Shown piece by piece: positions 16,848 through 25,970 of a stretch of DNA of 29,238 bases. A program made the translations under genes and the position numbers. The DNA lies in the NCBI GenBank assembly GCA_041675685.1, contig JBAYTM010000001.1, positions 1-29,238 of the forward strand, given 5' to 3'. Every line of letters starts with the position of its first letter. Within the stretch, counting starts at the first letter, position 1. This DNA comes from Thiohalobacteraceae bacterium (lineage in GTDB: Bacteria; Pseudomonadota; Gammaproteobacteria; Thiohalobacterales; Thiohalobacteraceae). The notes under the pieces are model-generated. The model ran no database searches. It saw nothing but the letters and a program-made list of their open reading frames with translations, and was not told the origin of the DNA.

Positions 16848-18680
16848 GTGATTGAGAACCTTCGCAACATCGCCATTATCGCCCACGTTGACCACGGAAA
16901 AACCACCCTGGTCGACCAGCTGCTGAAACAGTCCAACACCCTCGACGCGCGCACCAAGCTCGAAGAGCGCGCCATGGACTCGAACGCGCTGGAGAAGGAA
17001 CGCGGCATCACCATCCTCGCGAAGAACACCGGCGTGCGTTGGAGTCACGGCGACACCGATTACCGCATCAACATTGTCGACACGCCCGGGCATGCCGACT
17101 TCGGCGGCGAAGTCGAGCGCGTGCTCTCGATGGTGGACTCCGTGCTGCTGCTGGTCGACGCGGTCGACGGCCCGATGCCGCAGACGCGCTTCGTGACCCA
17201 GAAGGCGCTGGCGCGCGGCCTGAAACCCATCGTCGTCATCAATAAGGTGGATCGTCACGGCGCGCGCGCCCATTGGGTGCTGGATCAGACCTTCGATCTG
17301 TTCGACCGCCTCGGCGCCACCGAAGAACAGCTCGACTTCCCGGTCGTCTATGCCTCCGGCCTGAACGGCTACGCCGGCCCGACCGAGGACGTGCGCGGCG
17401 GCGACATGACCTATCTGTTCGAGACCATCGTCGACAAAGTGCATCCGCCGCAGGTCGACATGGAAGGTCCGTTCCAGATGCAGATCTCGCAGCTCGACTA
17501 CAACAGCTACGTCGGGCTGATCGGCATCGGCCGCATCGTGCGCGGGCGCGTCAAGACCAACTCGCAGGTCGCCATCGTCGACCGCGAAGGTCACCGCCGC
17601 AACGGCCGCATCATGCAGATCTTCGGCTTTCTCGGGCTGCAACGTGTCGAGGTTCCCGAGGCCAATGCCGGCGACATCATCGCCTTCAATGGCATCAGCG
17701 AGCTGTACATCTCGGACACCCTGTGCGACCCGAACGCCGTCGAGGCATTGGCTCCGCTGTCGGTCGACGAACCTACCGTGAGCATGACCTTTCAGGTCAA
17801 CAATTCGCCGTTCGCCGGCAAGGACGGAAAATTCGTCACCTCGCGCCAGATCAAGGAACGCCTGGAACGCGAGTTGCTGCACAACGTGGCGCTGCGCGTG
17901 AAGGAGACCGACGACCCAGACAAGTTCCGCGTCTCCGGCCGCGGCGAGCGGCATCTCTCGGTGCTGATCGAGAACATGCGTCGTGAGGGGTACGAACTGG
18001 GCGTTTCGCGTCCGGAAGTCATCTACCGCGAAGTCGACGGCCAGAAACAGGAGCCTTTCGAGCAGTTGACGGTCGACGTCGAGGAACAGCACCAGGGCAC
18101 CGTGATGGAGCGCCTCGGCATGCGCGGCGGCGAGCTCAAGGACATGTTGCCGGACGGCAAGGGCCGCGTCCGCATCGATTACATCATCCCGTCACGCGGG
18201 CTGATCGGCTTCCGCACCGAGTTCCTGACCGCCACCCAGGGCACCGGCCTGATCTACAGCGTGTTCGAACATTACGGCCCGGTACGCAAGGGCGAGTTCG
18301 GCAACCGCAACAACGGGGTGCTGATCGCCAACGCTGCCGGCAAGGCGCTCGCCTATGCGCTGTTCAACCTGCAGGAACGCGGGCGGCTTTTCATCGGGCA
18401 CGCCGAAGAGGTCTACGAAGGGATGGTCATCGGCATCCATTCGCGCGACAACGATCTGGTGGTGAATCCGCTCAAGGCCAAGCAGCTGACCAACATCCGC
18501 GCCGCCGGGACCGACGAGGCGCTGATTCTGGTGCCGCCGATCCGCATGACGCTCGAGCAGGCACTCGAGTTCATCGACGACGATGAACTGGTGGAAGTGA
18601 CGCCGAACCACATCCGTATCCGCAAACGCTTCCTGCACGAGCACGATCGCAAGCGTTCGTCGCGCGCCGCGGAGGCTTGA
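16848..18680 (+). CDS. typA: Translational GTPase TypA/BipA
   Basis: [31 protein letters not shown] and the BipA C-terminal [11 protein letters not shown]; GTG start; TATAAT at 16813-16818. Confidence 0.98.
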   Translation: MIENLRNIAIIAHVDHGKTTLVDQLLKQSNTLDARTKLEERAMDSNALEKERGITILAKNTGVRWSHGDTDYRINIVDTPGHADFGGEVERVLSMVDSVLLLVDAVDGPMPQTRFVTQKALARGLKPIVVINKVDRHGARAHWVLDQTFDLFDRLGATEEQLDFPVVYASGLNGYAGPTEDVRGGDMTYLFETIVDKVHPPQVDMEGPFQMQISQLDYNSYVGLIGIGRIVRGRVKTNSQVAIVDREGHRRNGRIMQIFGFLGLQRVEVPEANAGDIIAFNGISELYISDTLCDPNAVEALAPLSVDEPTVSMTFQVNNSPFAGKDGKFVTSRQIKERLERELLHNVALRVKETDDPDKFRVSGRGERHLSVLIENMRREGYELGVSRPEVIYREVDGQKQEPFEQLTVDVEEQHQGTVMERLGMRGGELKDMLPDGKGRVRIDYIIPSRGLIGFRTEFLTATQGTGLIYSVFEHYGPVRKGEFGNRNNGVLIANAAGKALAYALFNLQERGRLFIGHAEEVYEGMVIGIHSRDNDLVVNPLKAKQLTNIRAAGTDEALILVPPIRMTLEQALEFIDDDELVEVTPNHIRIRKRFLHEHDRKRSSRAAEA

Positions 18681-18800
18681 GAGCGGCGCGGCAGGCGGCG
18701 CAGGGGGCTGCTTGGCGGCCAGACCGTAGGCTGCTTCGGTGCGAGTGGAGCGTTGCCGCGCGAGGCGAGAACCTTGTGCGCCGAGCACCGCGCATACCGG

Positions 18801-19040
18801 CTACAGTCGGCAGCGGCCCTCGTACACCGCCATGATGGTTTCGAGCTCGGTCTGCAGCCGCGCCCTTGCTGTCCTGTCCAGCCCTTGGAACTCGGGCAAA
18901 TCCCGCTCCGCACGCAGCGCCTCGATATAGCCGAGCACCGCGCGGCAGCCCTGTTCGCACAGATGCTCGACATACTGGTCTATGCGGGAATCGGTCCGGA
19001 TCTGAGGGTCGTAGCTGTGCTGAAAAGGGCTGCGGCTCAT
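18801..19040 (-). CDS. Small hypothetical protein with three Cys (CEQGC and a C-terminal C)
   Basis: 79-aa ORF co-oriented with and 26 bp downstream of the TlpA-like gene; helical, natural-looking composition. Confidence 0.65.
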   Translation of the reverse strand: MSRSPFQHSYDPQIRTDSRIDQYVEHLCEQGCRAVLGYIEALRAERDLPEFQGLDRTARARLQTELETIMAVYEGRCRL

Positions 19041-19066
19041 GGTGCTTCCATTGGGTCTGTACCGGC

Positions 19067-19582
19067 CTATCTAGCGGCCAACCAGAGCCGCAAGCGTAGC
19101 CCCGGACCGGTCGTGTAGCCAACCGTGGTGAAGCGGATCCGCCCGGTACCGTCGACAACGAACGAGGTCGGCACGCCGCGCACCCCAAATCGGCTCGCGA
19201 AACCGCCATCGACGTCGCGCAGTACCGGAAAGCTGAGGCCCTCGCGCGCCATAAAGGCCCGCAACTCTTCGGAACCCGTATCCTCCAGCGCCACGGAAAG
19301 CACCGGCCAGTCGGCGGCGATTGCTTCGATACTGTCCTGCTCGAGGGCGCAGATGGGACACCAGGTCGCCCAGAAGTGCACCAGCACCGGCTCGCCGCGC
19401 AGGCTCGCAAGGTCCTGCCGCTGGCCGTGGATGTCCGTGCCCGCAAGCGGCGGCGCCGGCCCGCCGACGGTGTCGCGGGTCTGATACAGGTGCACGCCGA
19501 ACACCACCAGCAGCACCAGACCGAGGTCGCGCAACCAACGCCAGTAACGCCTCGACCGCTTCGGCGCATCGTCCCGGGACAT
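19067..19582 (-). CDS. Membrane-anchored TlpA/redoxin-family thiol-disulfide oxidoreductase, 171 aa
   Basis: N-terminal TM, FWATWCPIC and GVPTSFVVD (cis-Pro loop). Start trimmed to ATG 19582. Confidence 0.88.
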   Translation of the reverse strand: MSRDDAPKRSRRYWRWLRDLGLVLLVVFGVHLYQTRDTVGGPAPPLAGTDIHGQRQDLASLRGEPVLVHFWATWCPICALEQDSIEAIAADWPVLSVALEDTGSEELRAFMAREGLSFPVLRDVDGGFASRFGVRGVPTSFVVDGTGRIRFTTVGYTTGPGLRLRLWLAAR

Positions 19583-19719
19583 CCTCGAACCCCTCCTGCA
19601 CTGTGACCTGGACCGCAGCTTCGACCGGACGTGCCGGGCGCGCATCAATATCGGATGCAGTTCCGTTCGGTGGCGGCCGAACCCTCTATGCTGCGCCCAT
19701 CACCTGTGGAACTCGTCAA

Positions 19720-20262
19720 ATGAACCAGGCGTCATCGCTCGCTCGCAGACATCTCGCCCCCTGGCTCGGCTTGGCCGCGCTAATGGGCTGCGGCTGCGCC
19801 CTGGCCGGCCATGACGGCGCAGAATCGACCGCCAGCCCGGCGTACCGGGTCGATGGCGGCAATCAGGTCGTCGCCTGGGTGCCGCAGAGCCAGGCCGCGA
19901 CCGCGACCGTCGCGCAGGCGGTCGCGCATATCGCATTGGCCGACGCCAAACGCGCCGCCGAGGCCGAGCTTTGCAACGGCGCCTGGATGCTGTCCGGTGA
20001 GTTACACCAGGAGCAGGCGCCGGAGCTGTCGCTCGCCCCCGAAACCCTCGGCGGCAACCGCGGTTGGCATGTCCAGATCAGCTGGGACCCGCAGCTCGCC
20101 GAGTGCGGCCTGAACGCGCACCGCTATGCGCAGGCCCTGAGCCGCCATCTCCCCGCCTGGATGATGACTCTCTCCGGCCAACCGCTGGCGCTGTACCACC
20201 AGGGCAACCAATTGCTGACTGGCGAATCGCTCTACCAGGTGGCGCTGGCGATCACGCCCTGA
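19720..20262 (+). CDS. Exported hypothetical protein, 180 aa
   Basis: ATG 19720, Sec-like signal peptide ending ALA, globular-looking mature part with two Cys; fills the gap between identified genes. Confidence 0.65.
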   Translation: MNQASSLARRHLAPWLGLAALMGCGCALAGHDGAESTASPAYRVDGGNQVVAWVPQSQAATATVAQAVAHIALADAKRAAEAELCNGAWMLSGELHQEQAPELSLAPETLGGNRGWHVQISWDPQLAECGLNAHRYAQALSRHLPAWMMTLSGQPLALYHQGNQLLTGESLYQVALAITP

Positions 20263-20282
20263 TCCCCTGATCGCCCCTGATC
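20257..20282 (+). repeat. Three copies of CCCTGATC spanning the stop codon
   Basis: Copies at 20257-20264, 20265-20272 and 20275-20282. Confidence 0.55.
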
Positions 20283-20326
20283 CCCGGGGGGAGCATACCG
20301 CCCGACGCCGCATCATCCGCCTCCGG

Positions 20327-21646
20327 CTATAGCAAGTCCCGCAAGGTCAGGCTTTTCAGGACCGCGGCCCGCGACTGATCGATACGCTCGACAACTTCAT
20401 CCACCGGCGCCGGAGCCGGCAGACGGTCCTCCTGTAGAAATCTGCTCTCGTCGGCCGCCCGCACGTCATCCAGCAGATCCGCTATCCCAACCGTCGAAAT
20501 GTCGCGCGCCGGCACCAAGTTCGGCGGCTCCATATTCGTTTCGGTCAGATAGCCCAATGTGATCAACGCGGTGATCAGGCGCTGCAGCGGGGCAACCGGG
20601 ACATCGAGACGCGCAGCGAGCCCATCGGCATTCCAGGCCGGCGCATGGCGATGGTGATGATCCGCAACCAGGTACATGAGCGCCAACGCGAGTCGCTCCT
20701 TGAGGCGGTTGCTCAGCGTGAGTCGCACCGGTGTTCTGGTCAGATACTGCGGATGCTGAATGAAGAACGCGATCTGCGCACCCAGCAGCAGCACGAGCCA
20801 GTTGATGTACAGCCAGATCAGCAGCATCAGCAGGATCGCAAAGCTCGAATAGATGGCCGCGTACTTCGACGAGGTCGCGATAAAGGCGGCGAAGGCCCAG
20901 CCGGTGCTCTGCCAGAGAAAGCCTGCCACCAGCCCACCGACGACCGCGGCGCGCAGCTTCACCCGGGTGTTCGGCACGAACATATAGAAGAAAGTAAAGG
21001 CCGCGACGACCAGTAGATAGGGAATGAATCGCGCCGTTTCGAGAACCAAGGTACCGAACGGCTCGATACCGATCAGCCACTGCACCAGGCGATTGCTGGA
21101 AACCGTTGCTGTGAGCCCCAATGCGCTGAACACCAGCAGCGGCCCCACCAGAATGACGCTCAAATAATTGCTGAACCGCTGCCCGAATCCGCGTGGCTGC
21201 TCGACTCGCCAGGCGTAATTGAAGGACGCCTCCATCTTCTGCAACAGGGAAAGTACGGTGTAGATCAGCAGCCCCAGACCAAGGCTCCCCAGCACGCCGA
21301 TCTTGATATTGGCGACGAAGCCGATGATGTATCCCGCCACTTCGGTGCCCTTGGGGCCGAGCGGCTCCAGAAACCTGTAGAGCACCGGCTCAAGCTGATT
21401 GGTCACGCCGAAGCCCTTCAGAAGCGCGAAGCTGAACGCCAGCAGCGGCACGACGGACAGCAACGTGGTGTACACCATGCTCATGGCGCGCAGGTTCAGC
21501 TCGCCGGTCGAGAACTCTCGCAACATGACATACGACAGCCGCAATACCCTGGTGACCTGCCGGCGCGGAGTCGACATGCTGCGCAGATCGCCGTCCCAGA
21601 TAAAGCCGACGACGGCTTCACGACTTTTTGCTAGGAAACCACTCAT
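20327..21646 (-). CDS. YihY/BrkB-family inner membrane protein with a C-terminal winged-HTH-like extension, 439 aa
   Basis: YTTLLSVVPLL, MEASFNYAW, YMFVPN and YSSFAILLMLLIWLYINWLVLLLGAQ, then a soluble tail LAARLDVP...LGYL...LVPARD. Start trimmed to ATG 21646. Confidence 0.9.
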   Translation of the reverse strand: MSGFLAKSREAVVGFIWDGDLRSMSTPRRQVTRVLRLSYVMLREFSTGELNLRAMSMVYTTLLSVVPLLAFSFALLKGFGVTNQLEPVLYRFLEPLGPKGTEVAGYIIGFVANIKIGVLGSLGLGLLIYTVLSLLQKMEASFNYAWRVEQPRGFGQRFSNYLSVILVGPLLVFSALGLTATVSSNRLVQWLIGIEPFGTLVLETARFIPYLLVVAAFTFFYMFVPNTRVKLRAAVVGGLVAGFLWQSTGWAFAAFIATSSKYAAIYSSFAILLMLLIWLYINWLVLLLGAQIAFFIQHPQYLTRTPVRLTLSNRLKERLALALMYLVADHHHRHAPAWNADGLAARLDVPVAPLQRLITALITLGYLTETNMEPPNLVPARDISTVGIADLLDDVRAADESRFLQEDRLPAPAPVDEVVERIDQSRAAVLKSLTLRDLL

Positions 21647-21664
21647 GCCATACTGCCTCGTGTC

Positions 21665-21693
21665 TTGCCATTGACGCTTGGGCCCACTATAAA
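21665..21693 (+). promoter_or_regulatory. Candidate sigma70 promoter of the kinase-phosphatase unit
   Basis: TTGCCA (21665-21670), 17 bp, TATAAA (21688-21693). Confidence 0.6.
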
Positions 21694-21859
21694 GCAAACG
21701 CAGCTGCTATTGGTCGGCGGCCGTCCATGTCAGCGCCACGCATTGCTTGGTAGTGTAATGGCCAGGCGGCGGTAACGCCGACGAGTGTCCGACGGCGGCG
21801 GGCAAGGGAATGGACTGCAATCCCGTATCGGCGAACGCGATACATCACGAGAGACATCC

Positions 21860-22600
21860 ATGTCCGCACGCGGCACCAAAGCCAAGCAGATCGACCGCTT
21901 CGAATTCCTGCCTGGGCGGATCCTGGCACGCAAATACGAAGTGATCTCGCACCTCGGCCGCGGCTGGGAGGGCGAAGTCTACATGGTCCGTGAACGGGTG
22001 ACCGGCATCGATCGGGCCGCCAAGTTCTTTTTCCCGCACCGCAATCTGCGCGACCGCACCGCAACCTTCTACGCGCGCAAGCTGCACAAGCTCCGGCATT
22101 GCCCGATCGTGATCCAGTACCACACGCAGGAAACCATTCAGTACCGCGGCGTCGCAGTCAGCTTCCTGGTATCGGACTTCGTCGAAGGCGATCTGCTCAG
22201 CGAATTTCTCCGCAAGCAACCCGGCAGGCGCCTGAGCGCATTCCAGGGTCTGCATCTGCTGCACGCCCTGGCCTCGGGGATCGAGTGCATCCATCAGATG
22301 CGCGAATATCACGGCGACCTGCACGCGGACAACATCATCGTGCAACGCTATGGCATCGGTTTCGATCTCAAACTCCTGGATCTGTTCCATTGGGGCGCGC
22401 CACGAAAGGAGAACATCCACGACGACGTGGTCGACCTGATACGCATCTTCTACGACGCCATCGGCGGTCGCCGCCACTATGCCAACCAACCGCAGCAGAT
22501 AAAGGCTATCTGCTGCGGTCTCAAACGCAGCCTGATCCTGAAGAAATTCCGCAGTGCCGGCGATCTCAAGGAATACCTGGAAAACATCGAATGGGATTGA
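21860..22600 (+). CDS. Compact cytoplasmic Hanks-type Ser/Thr protein kinase (non-RD), 246 aa
   Basis: GRGWEG Gly-rich loop, AAK lysine, HGDLHADN catalytic loop and DLF at the DFG position. Start probably ATG 21860 (alternative 21785). Confidence 0.88.
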   Translation: MSARGTKAKQIDRFEFLPGRILARKYEVISHLGRGWEGEVYMVRERVTGIDRAAKFFFPHRNLRDRTATFYARKLHKLRHCPIVIQYHTQETIQYRGVAVSFLVSDFVEGDLLSEFLRKQPGRRLSAFQGLHLLHALASGIECIHQMREYHGDLHADNIIVQRYGIGFDLKLLDLFHWGAPRKENIHDDVVDLIRIFYDAIGGRRHYANQPQQIKAICCGLKRSLILKKFRSAGDLKEYLENIEWD

Positions 22601-23421
22601 AATCGGCCGCGCCGGCCATCGAACGGGCGGAGTTGATCGGCACCTCGGACATGCAGGCGCCCGCGACACTGCGGTTCGCCGGCGGCGAAGTGGCCTATGT
22701 GACCCAACGCGCGCCCGACAAGGCCAGCGACAACGAGGACGCGATCGGCTTCATCCCCTGGGGTGCGGACAGTGGCGTGCTGGTGGTGTGCGACGGACTG
22801 GGCGGGCAACCCGCCGGTGAACAGGCCTCGATCCTGGCGCTGCGCTGCCTGGCGGAGCGCATTGCGGCGACGCCGCCTGGGGACAGCGGGCTGCGCGAGG
22901 CGATCCTCGACGGCATCGAGCGCGCCAATCTCGCCATCGGCGCACTCGGGGTTCGTGCGGCGACCACCCTGGCGTTGATCGAAATCCAGGGACGGGTGAT
23001 CCGCCCGTACCATGTCGGCGACTCGATGATCCTCATCTCAGGTCAACGTGGACGCATGAAGCTGCAGACCATCTCGCACTCGCCGGTCGGCTATGCCGTG
23101 GAGGCCGGATTCCTGGATGCGACCGAGGCGATGCACCACGAGGAGCGCCATCTGCTGTCCAACATGGTCGGCACCCCAGACATGCGCATCGAGATCGGGG
23201 CACCGGTCGGACTGGCGCGCAGAGACACCGTGTTGCTTGCGAGCGACGGACTGTTCGACAACCTGCATCTCGATGAGATCGTCGAGCGAATGCGTTGCGG
23301 GCCTATAAAAACAGGTGCAAAAGCATTGCAGCAGCAATGCCGCGCGCGCATGCAGGAAGAGCGGGAAGGCACGCCGTCGAAACCCGACGACCTGAGTTTC
23401 ATCCTCTATCGTCCACTATGA
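22591..23421 (+). CDS. PP2C/PPM-family Ser/Thr phosphatase, about 276 aa
   Basis: NED, VCDGLGG, HVGDS, LASDGLFD and PDDLS motifs; ATG 22591 overlaps the kinase 3' end by 10 bp. Confidence 0.9.
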   Translation: MGLKSAAPAIERAELIGTSDMQAPATLRFAGGEVAYVTQRAPDKASDNEDAIGFIPWGADSGVLVVCDGLGGQPAGEQASILALRCLAERIAATPPGDSGLREAILDGIERANLAIGALGVRAATTLALIEIQGRVIRPYHVGDSMILISGQRGRMKLQTISHSPVGYAVEAGFLDATEAMHHEERHLLSNMVGTPDMRIEIGAPVGLARRDTVLLASDGLFDNLHLDEIVERMRCGPIKTGAKALQQQCRARMQEEREGTPSKPDDLSFILYRPL

Positions 23422-23460
23422 ACTTACCCTCCGAAAGTCGCGCTGAGTATTATTTTACGG

Positions 23461-23532
23461 TTGTATCTTTTCTTTTTCGTTAAAGTTTCTATAATCGGGA
23501 GCCGTTAAGTTGCGCGAACCGTTAATAGGAGG
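23461..23532 (+). promoter_or_regulatory. AT-rich promoter region and RBS of the H1-like gene
   Basis: Perfect TATAAT at 23490-23495 after T tracts, with no convincing -35; AGGAGG at 23527-23532. Confidence 0.5.
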
Positions 23533-23540
23533 GTTACCTC

Positions 23541-23867
23541 ATGGCAGTGAAAAAGAAGACAGTGAAGAAGAAGACCGCGACCGGCAAAAAGGTCGCGACC
23601 AAGAAACGCGTTGCGAAGAAAAAGGTCGCAACGAAAAAGCGCGTAGCCAAGAAGGGCGTAGCCAAGAAGGGCGGCAAGAAAAAGGTCGCCAAGAAGAAGG
23701 CTGGCAAAAAGAAGGTTGCCAAAAAGCGCGTAGCCAAGAAGGGCGGGAAGAAGAAAGCCGCCAAGAAAAAGGTAGCGAAGAAAAAGGTCGCTAAGAAGAA
23801 GGTCGCCAAGAAGAAGGCCGGCAAGAAAAAGGCCGCCAAGAAAAAGGCCGCCAAGAAGCGCGCCTGA
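23541..23867 (+). CDS. Histone H1-like Lys/Ala-rich basic DNA-binding protein
   Basis: 108 aa with about 55 Lys, 4 Arg and no acidic residues; imperfect 5-aa repeats (e.g. [15 protein letters not shown]); strong RBS and its own terminator. Confidence 0.9.
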   Translation: MAVKKKTVKKKTATGKKVATKKRVAKKKVATKKRVAKKGVAKKGGKKKVAKKKAGKKKVAKKRVAKKGGKKKAAKKKVAKKKVAKKKVAKKKAGKKKAAKKKAAKKRA

Positions 23868-23931
23868 CCTGTGGACAGCTCGGCGATGATCGAGCATCTA
23901 CAGGCGGTATAAAGCCCCCTGTGACTATCTC

Positions 23932-23955
23932 GGCCCGCAAATGCGGGCCTTTTTT
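23932..23955 (+). terminator. Rho-independent terminator
   Basis: GGCCCGC-AAAT-GCGGGCC followed by T6; abuts the stop codon of the convergent lipoprotein gene. Confidence 0.8.
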
Positions 23956-24478
23956 ATTCAGGCGTTTTAATGGCTTGCGGCGCGAGAAAGGCCCATGAGC
24001 CGAGCACCTCGGCAAGCTCCCCCGCCGTCAGGTGATGCAGGTGGTTGTAACCGTCGTGCTGCGTCCAGAGTTCGCAATACAAGGCATACAGTGGCCAGGC
24101 ATCCGCGCTGAAGTAGAAGCTGCTCTCATAGGTGATGACGCCCTGCCCCCATTCGCCGACCGTACTGCGACGTTGTGTGCGTACAACAGTAATCGGGGCG
24201 GCGGGGACATCGATGTCGCTGTCCAACGCACGGTCGATGGCCAGTGCGCAGTGGTGATCCCATACCGACAACTGACGCTGGGTCACGGCGCGTCCCTTCT
24301 GGAAATACACGCGCGTCGTACCCGCCGGGAAATGTACCGGCTGTCGTAGAACCAGTTCGGTTTGCGGTTCCGCAAAGGGTACCGGGCGGGGTCGCCAGAA
24401 TGCGGCGCTGCATCCCGCCAGCAGCAGGAACAGGGGCGCCAGCGGCAGCGCACGGGCGGCGTTCGACAGGTTGATCAC
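23954..24478 (-). CDS. Hypothetical lipoprotein, 174 aa
   Basis: GGAGG RBS, GTG 24478 overlapping the upstream stop (GTGA), lipobox LLAGC, two further Cys. Confidence 0.75.
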   Translation of the reverse strand: MINLSNAARALPLAPLFLLLAGCSAAFWRPRPVPFAEPQTELVLRQPVHFPAGTTRVYFQKGRAVTQRQLSVWDHHCALAIDRALDSDIDVPAAPITVVRTQRRSTVGEWGQGVITYESSFYFSADAWPLYALYCELWTQHDGYNHLHHLTAGELAEVLGSWAFLAPQAIKTPE

Positions 24479-25656
24479 GCCCGATCCTCCCTCAACAGGC
24501 GCGCATAGTCGCGCCGGTTCTTCCCGAGCCGCGCCCGCGTCGTCGACCAGGGATCGCTCCAGCGTACCGGTTTCTCGAACAGGGCACGGCACAGGGTCAG
24601 TAGACCAGCGACGTCGTCGAGGTGTACGAACTCCGGCGCCGGTCCCGCGGGTCGCCTGCAGTCGGGCCCGCCTTCGAGTCCCTGATTGTGATAGTTGCCG
24701 AGCGGCACCGTCAGGGCAATGGTCGGGACACCGAACGCCGTCGTCGCCGTCGCTTCGCAGGCACCGCCGTCCATGATGCGGCGCTGGTGCGCCTTGGGCA
24801 GCACCCGCTCGGCGAGTTCGCTGAGCAGTTGCATGCCGTCGGCATCGAAGACCGTGCGCCGATCGCCCAGGCGCACCACCGGGCCCTGGCCGATGCGTGC
24901 GCCCGGCAAGGTGCGCGAGGCCTCCAGACTTACCGCGATCAGCGGCCGCGTGCGGGCGGTCGCCCACCCGAGCTCGAGATGCGCGATGGCGCCGACGAAG
25001 CCGACCTCCTCGGCGCGCGTGAGCAGACCGATGAACGGCGGGCGCTGCACACGCCGCCGACGATACAACGCGCGGGCGGTCTGCAATATCGCAAACACAC
25101 CGACCAGGTCATCAGCGGCCTTGGTATAAATACGGCGCCCACTGCGCCACACCGGTGCGCGAAAGCCGAGGCCGCCAAACAGGTTGCCCGCAATCGGCAC
25201 CGCCTCGTGCACCTGGTCATCGACAAACCGCACCTCTGCATGCTGGAGCGCGTAGCCTTGCGGGTGCAGTACGACCTTTCGCAGTTCGCCTGCGCCGATG
25301 TAGCCCGCCCCTGCCGACAACCAGACCTTCGCACCGGCCAGGTGTTTCACCGGAGAACCCCCATGCCAGCGGATCGCCAGACGCCGCGCATCGAGCCAGC
25401 GTTCGCCGTGGAAACCGGGGTGATCCATATGTGCGACGAACAACCGCACCGGGCTGTCGGAGCGCGCGCGCAGGAGGCGGCGATAGTCGGCAGCACTTTC
25501 GACGCCCACCAGAAGGTTGCCGTGCGGATCGCGACAATAGGGTATCGACCAGGCGTCGAGCGCGGCCTCGGCGAAGGCACGGACCTGTTGTTCGCGAAAC
25601 GGCGCCGTCGGTTGCCGTAGCAGTTCCAGCAGAAATTGCAATTGAGTCTGATTCAC
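24475..25656 (-). CDS. M42/M20/M28-clan binuclear metallohydrolase (peptidase-like), 393 aa
   Basis: AHMDH, ADDLVG, RAEEVG, SLEAS, GGACEAT and GNYHN candidate metal ligands; AGGAG RBS before GTG 25656. Confidence 0.85.
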   Translation of the reverse strand: MNQTQLQFLLELLRQPTAPFREQQVRAFAEAALDAWSIPYCRDPHGNLLVGVESAADYRRLLRARSDSPVRLFVAHMDHPGFHGERWLDARRLAIRWHGGSPVKHLAGAKVWLSAGAGYIGAGELRKVVLHPQGYALQHAEVRFVDDQVHEAVPIAGNLFGGLGFRAPVWRSGRRIYTKAADDLVGVFAILQTARALYRRRRVQRPPFIGLLTRAEEVGFVGAIAHLELGWATARTRPLIAVSLEASRTLPGARIGQGPVVRLGDRRTVFDADGMQLLSELAERVLPKAHQRRIMDGGACEATATTAFGVPTIALTVPLGNYHNQGLEGGPDCRRPAGPAPEFVHLDDVAGLLTLCRALFEKPVRWSDPWSTTRARLGKNRRDYARLLREDRA

Positions 25657-25970
25657 GAACGCTCCTGGTCGACGCGCGGCCTGCACCGGGTTCGCGCGGG
25701 CCTAGTCCACATGACGCAAGTCCCGTATCGCTACAGGGCTGCATCATGCCGCACGCGCTTGGCTGTCATGGTCGTGCAATGACGATGCGCGATTATAAGG
25801 GCGCCTCTCGGACGGCACACGCGCGGCGGCCGGTTTAGTGCGGCCCTTGCCGCGGTTGATTTGGCGCAATTCCTGCATCGGCCTTGACTGGGATACTGCG
25901 GCAAAGGTTGCCGCACAACGCCGGAACGCCGGACCATCGCCTGCCATAGACGAATTCAGGAGGATTCACC

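Noticed and set aside
18700-18803. GTAG/CTAC-flanked stretch after typA as a GTAG-type REP
   Set aside because: No clean palindrome; the CTAC coincides with the stop codon of the next gene.
7077-23867. rsd/algQ plus H1-like gene as a Pseudomonas-type algQ-algP locus
   Set aside because: The genes are 16 kb apart and the H1-like protein lacks an AlgP-type N-terminal domain.
23505-23897. Phe/Leu-rich minus-strand ORFs (23505-23897, 23534-23854) resembling membrane proteins
   Set aside because: They are the reverse complement of the Lys-codon repeats; the plus-strand gene has the RBS and terminator.
25884-25912. TTGACT upstream of the SufT-like gene (and at 28963-28968 upstream of cyaY) as IscR boxes or -35 elements
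   Set aside because: No second half-site and no properly spaced -10.
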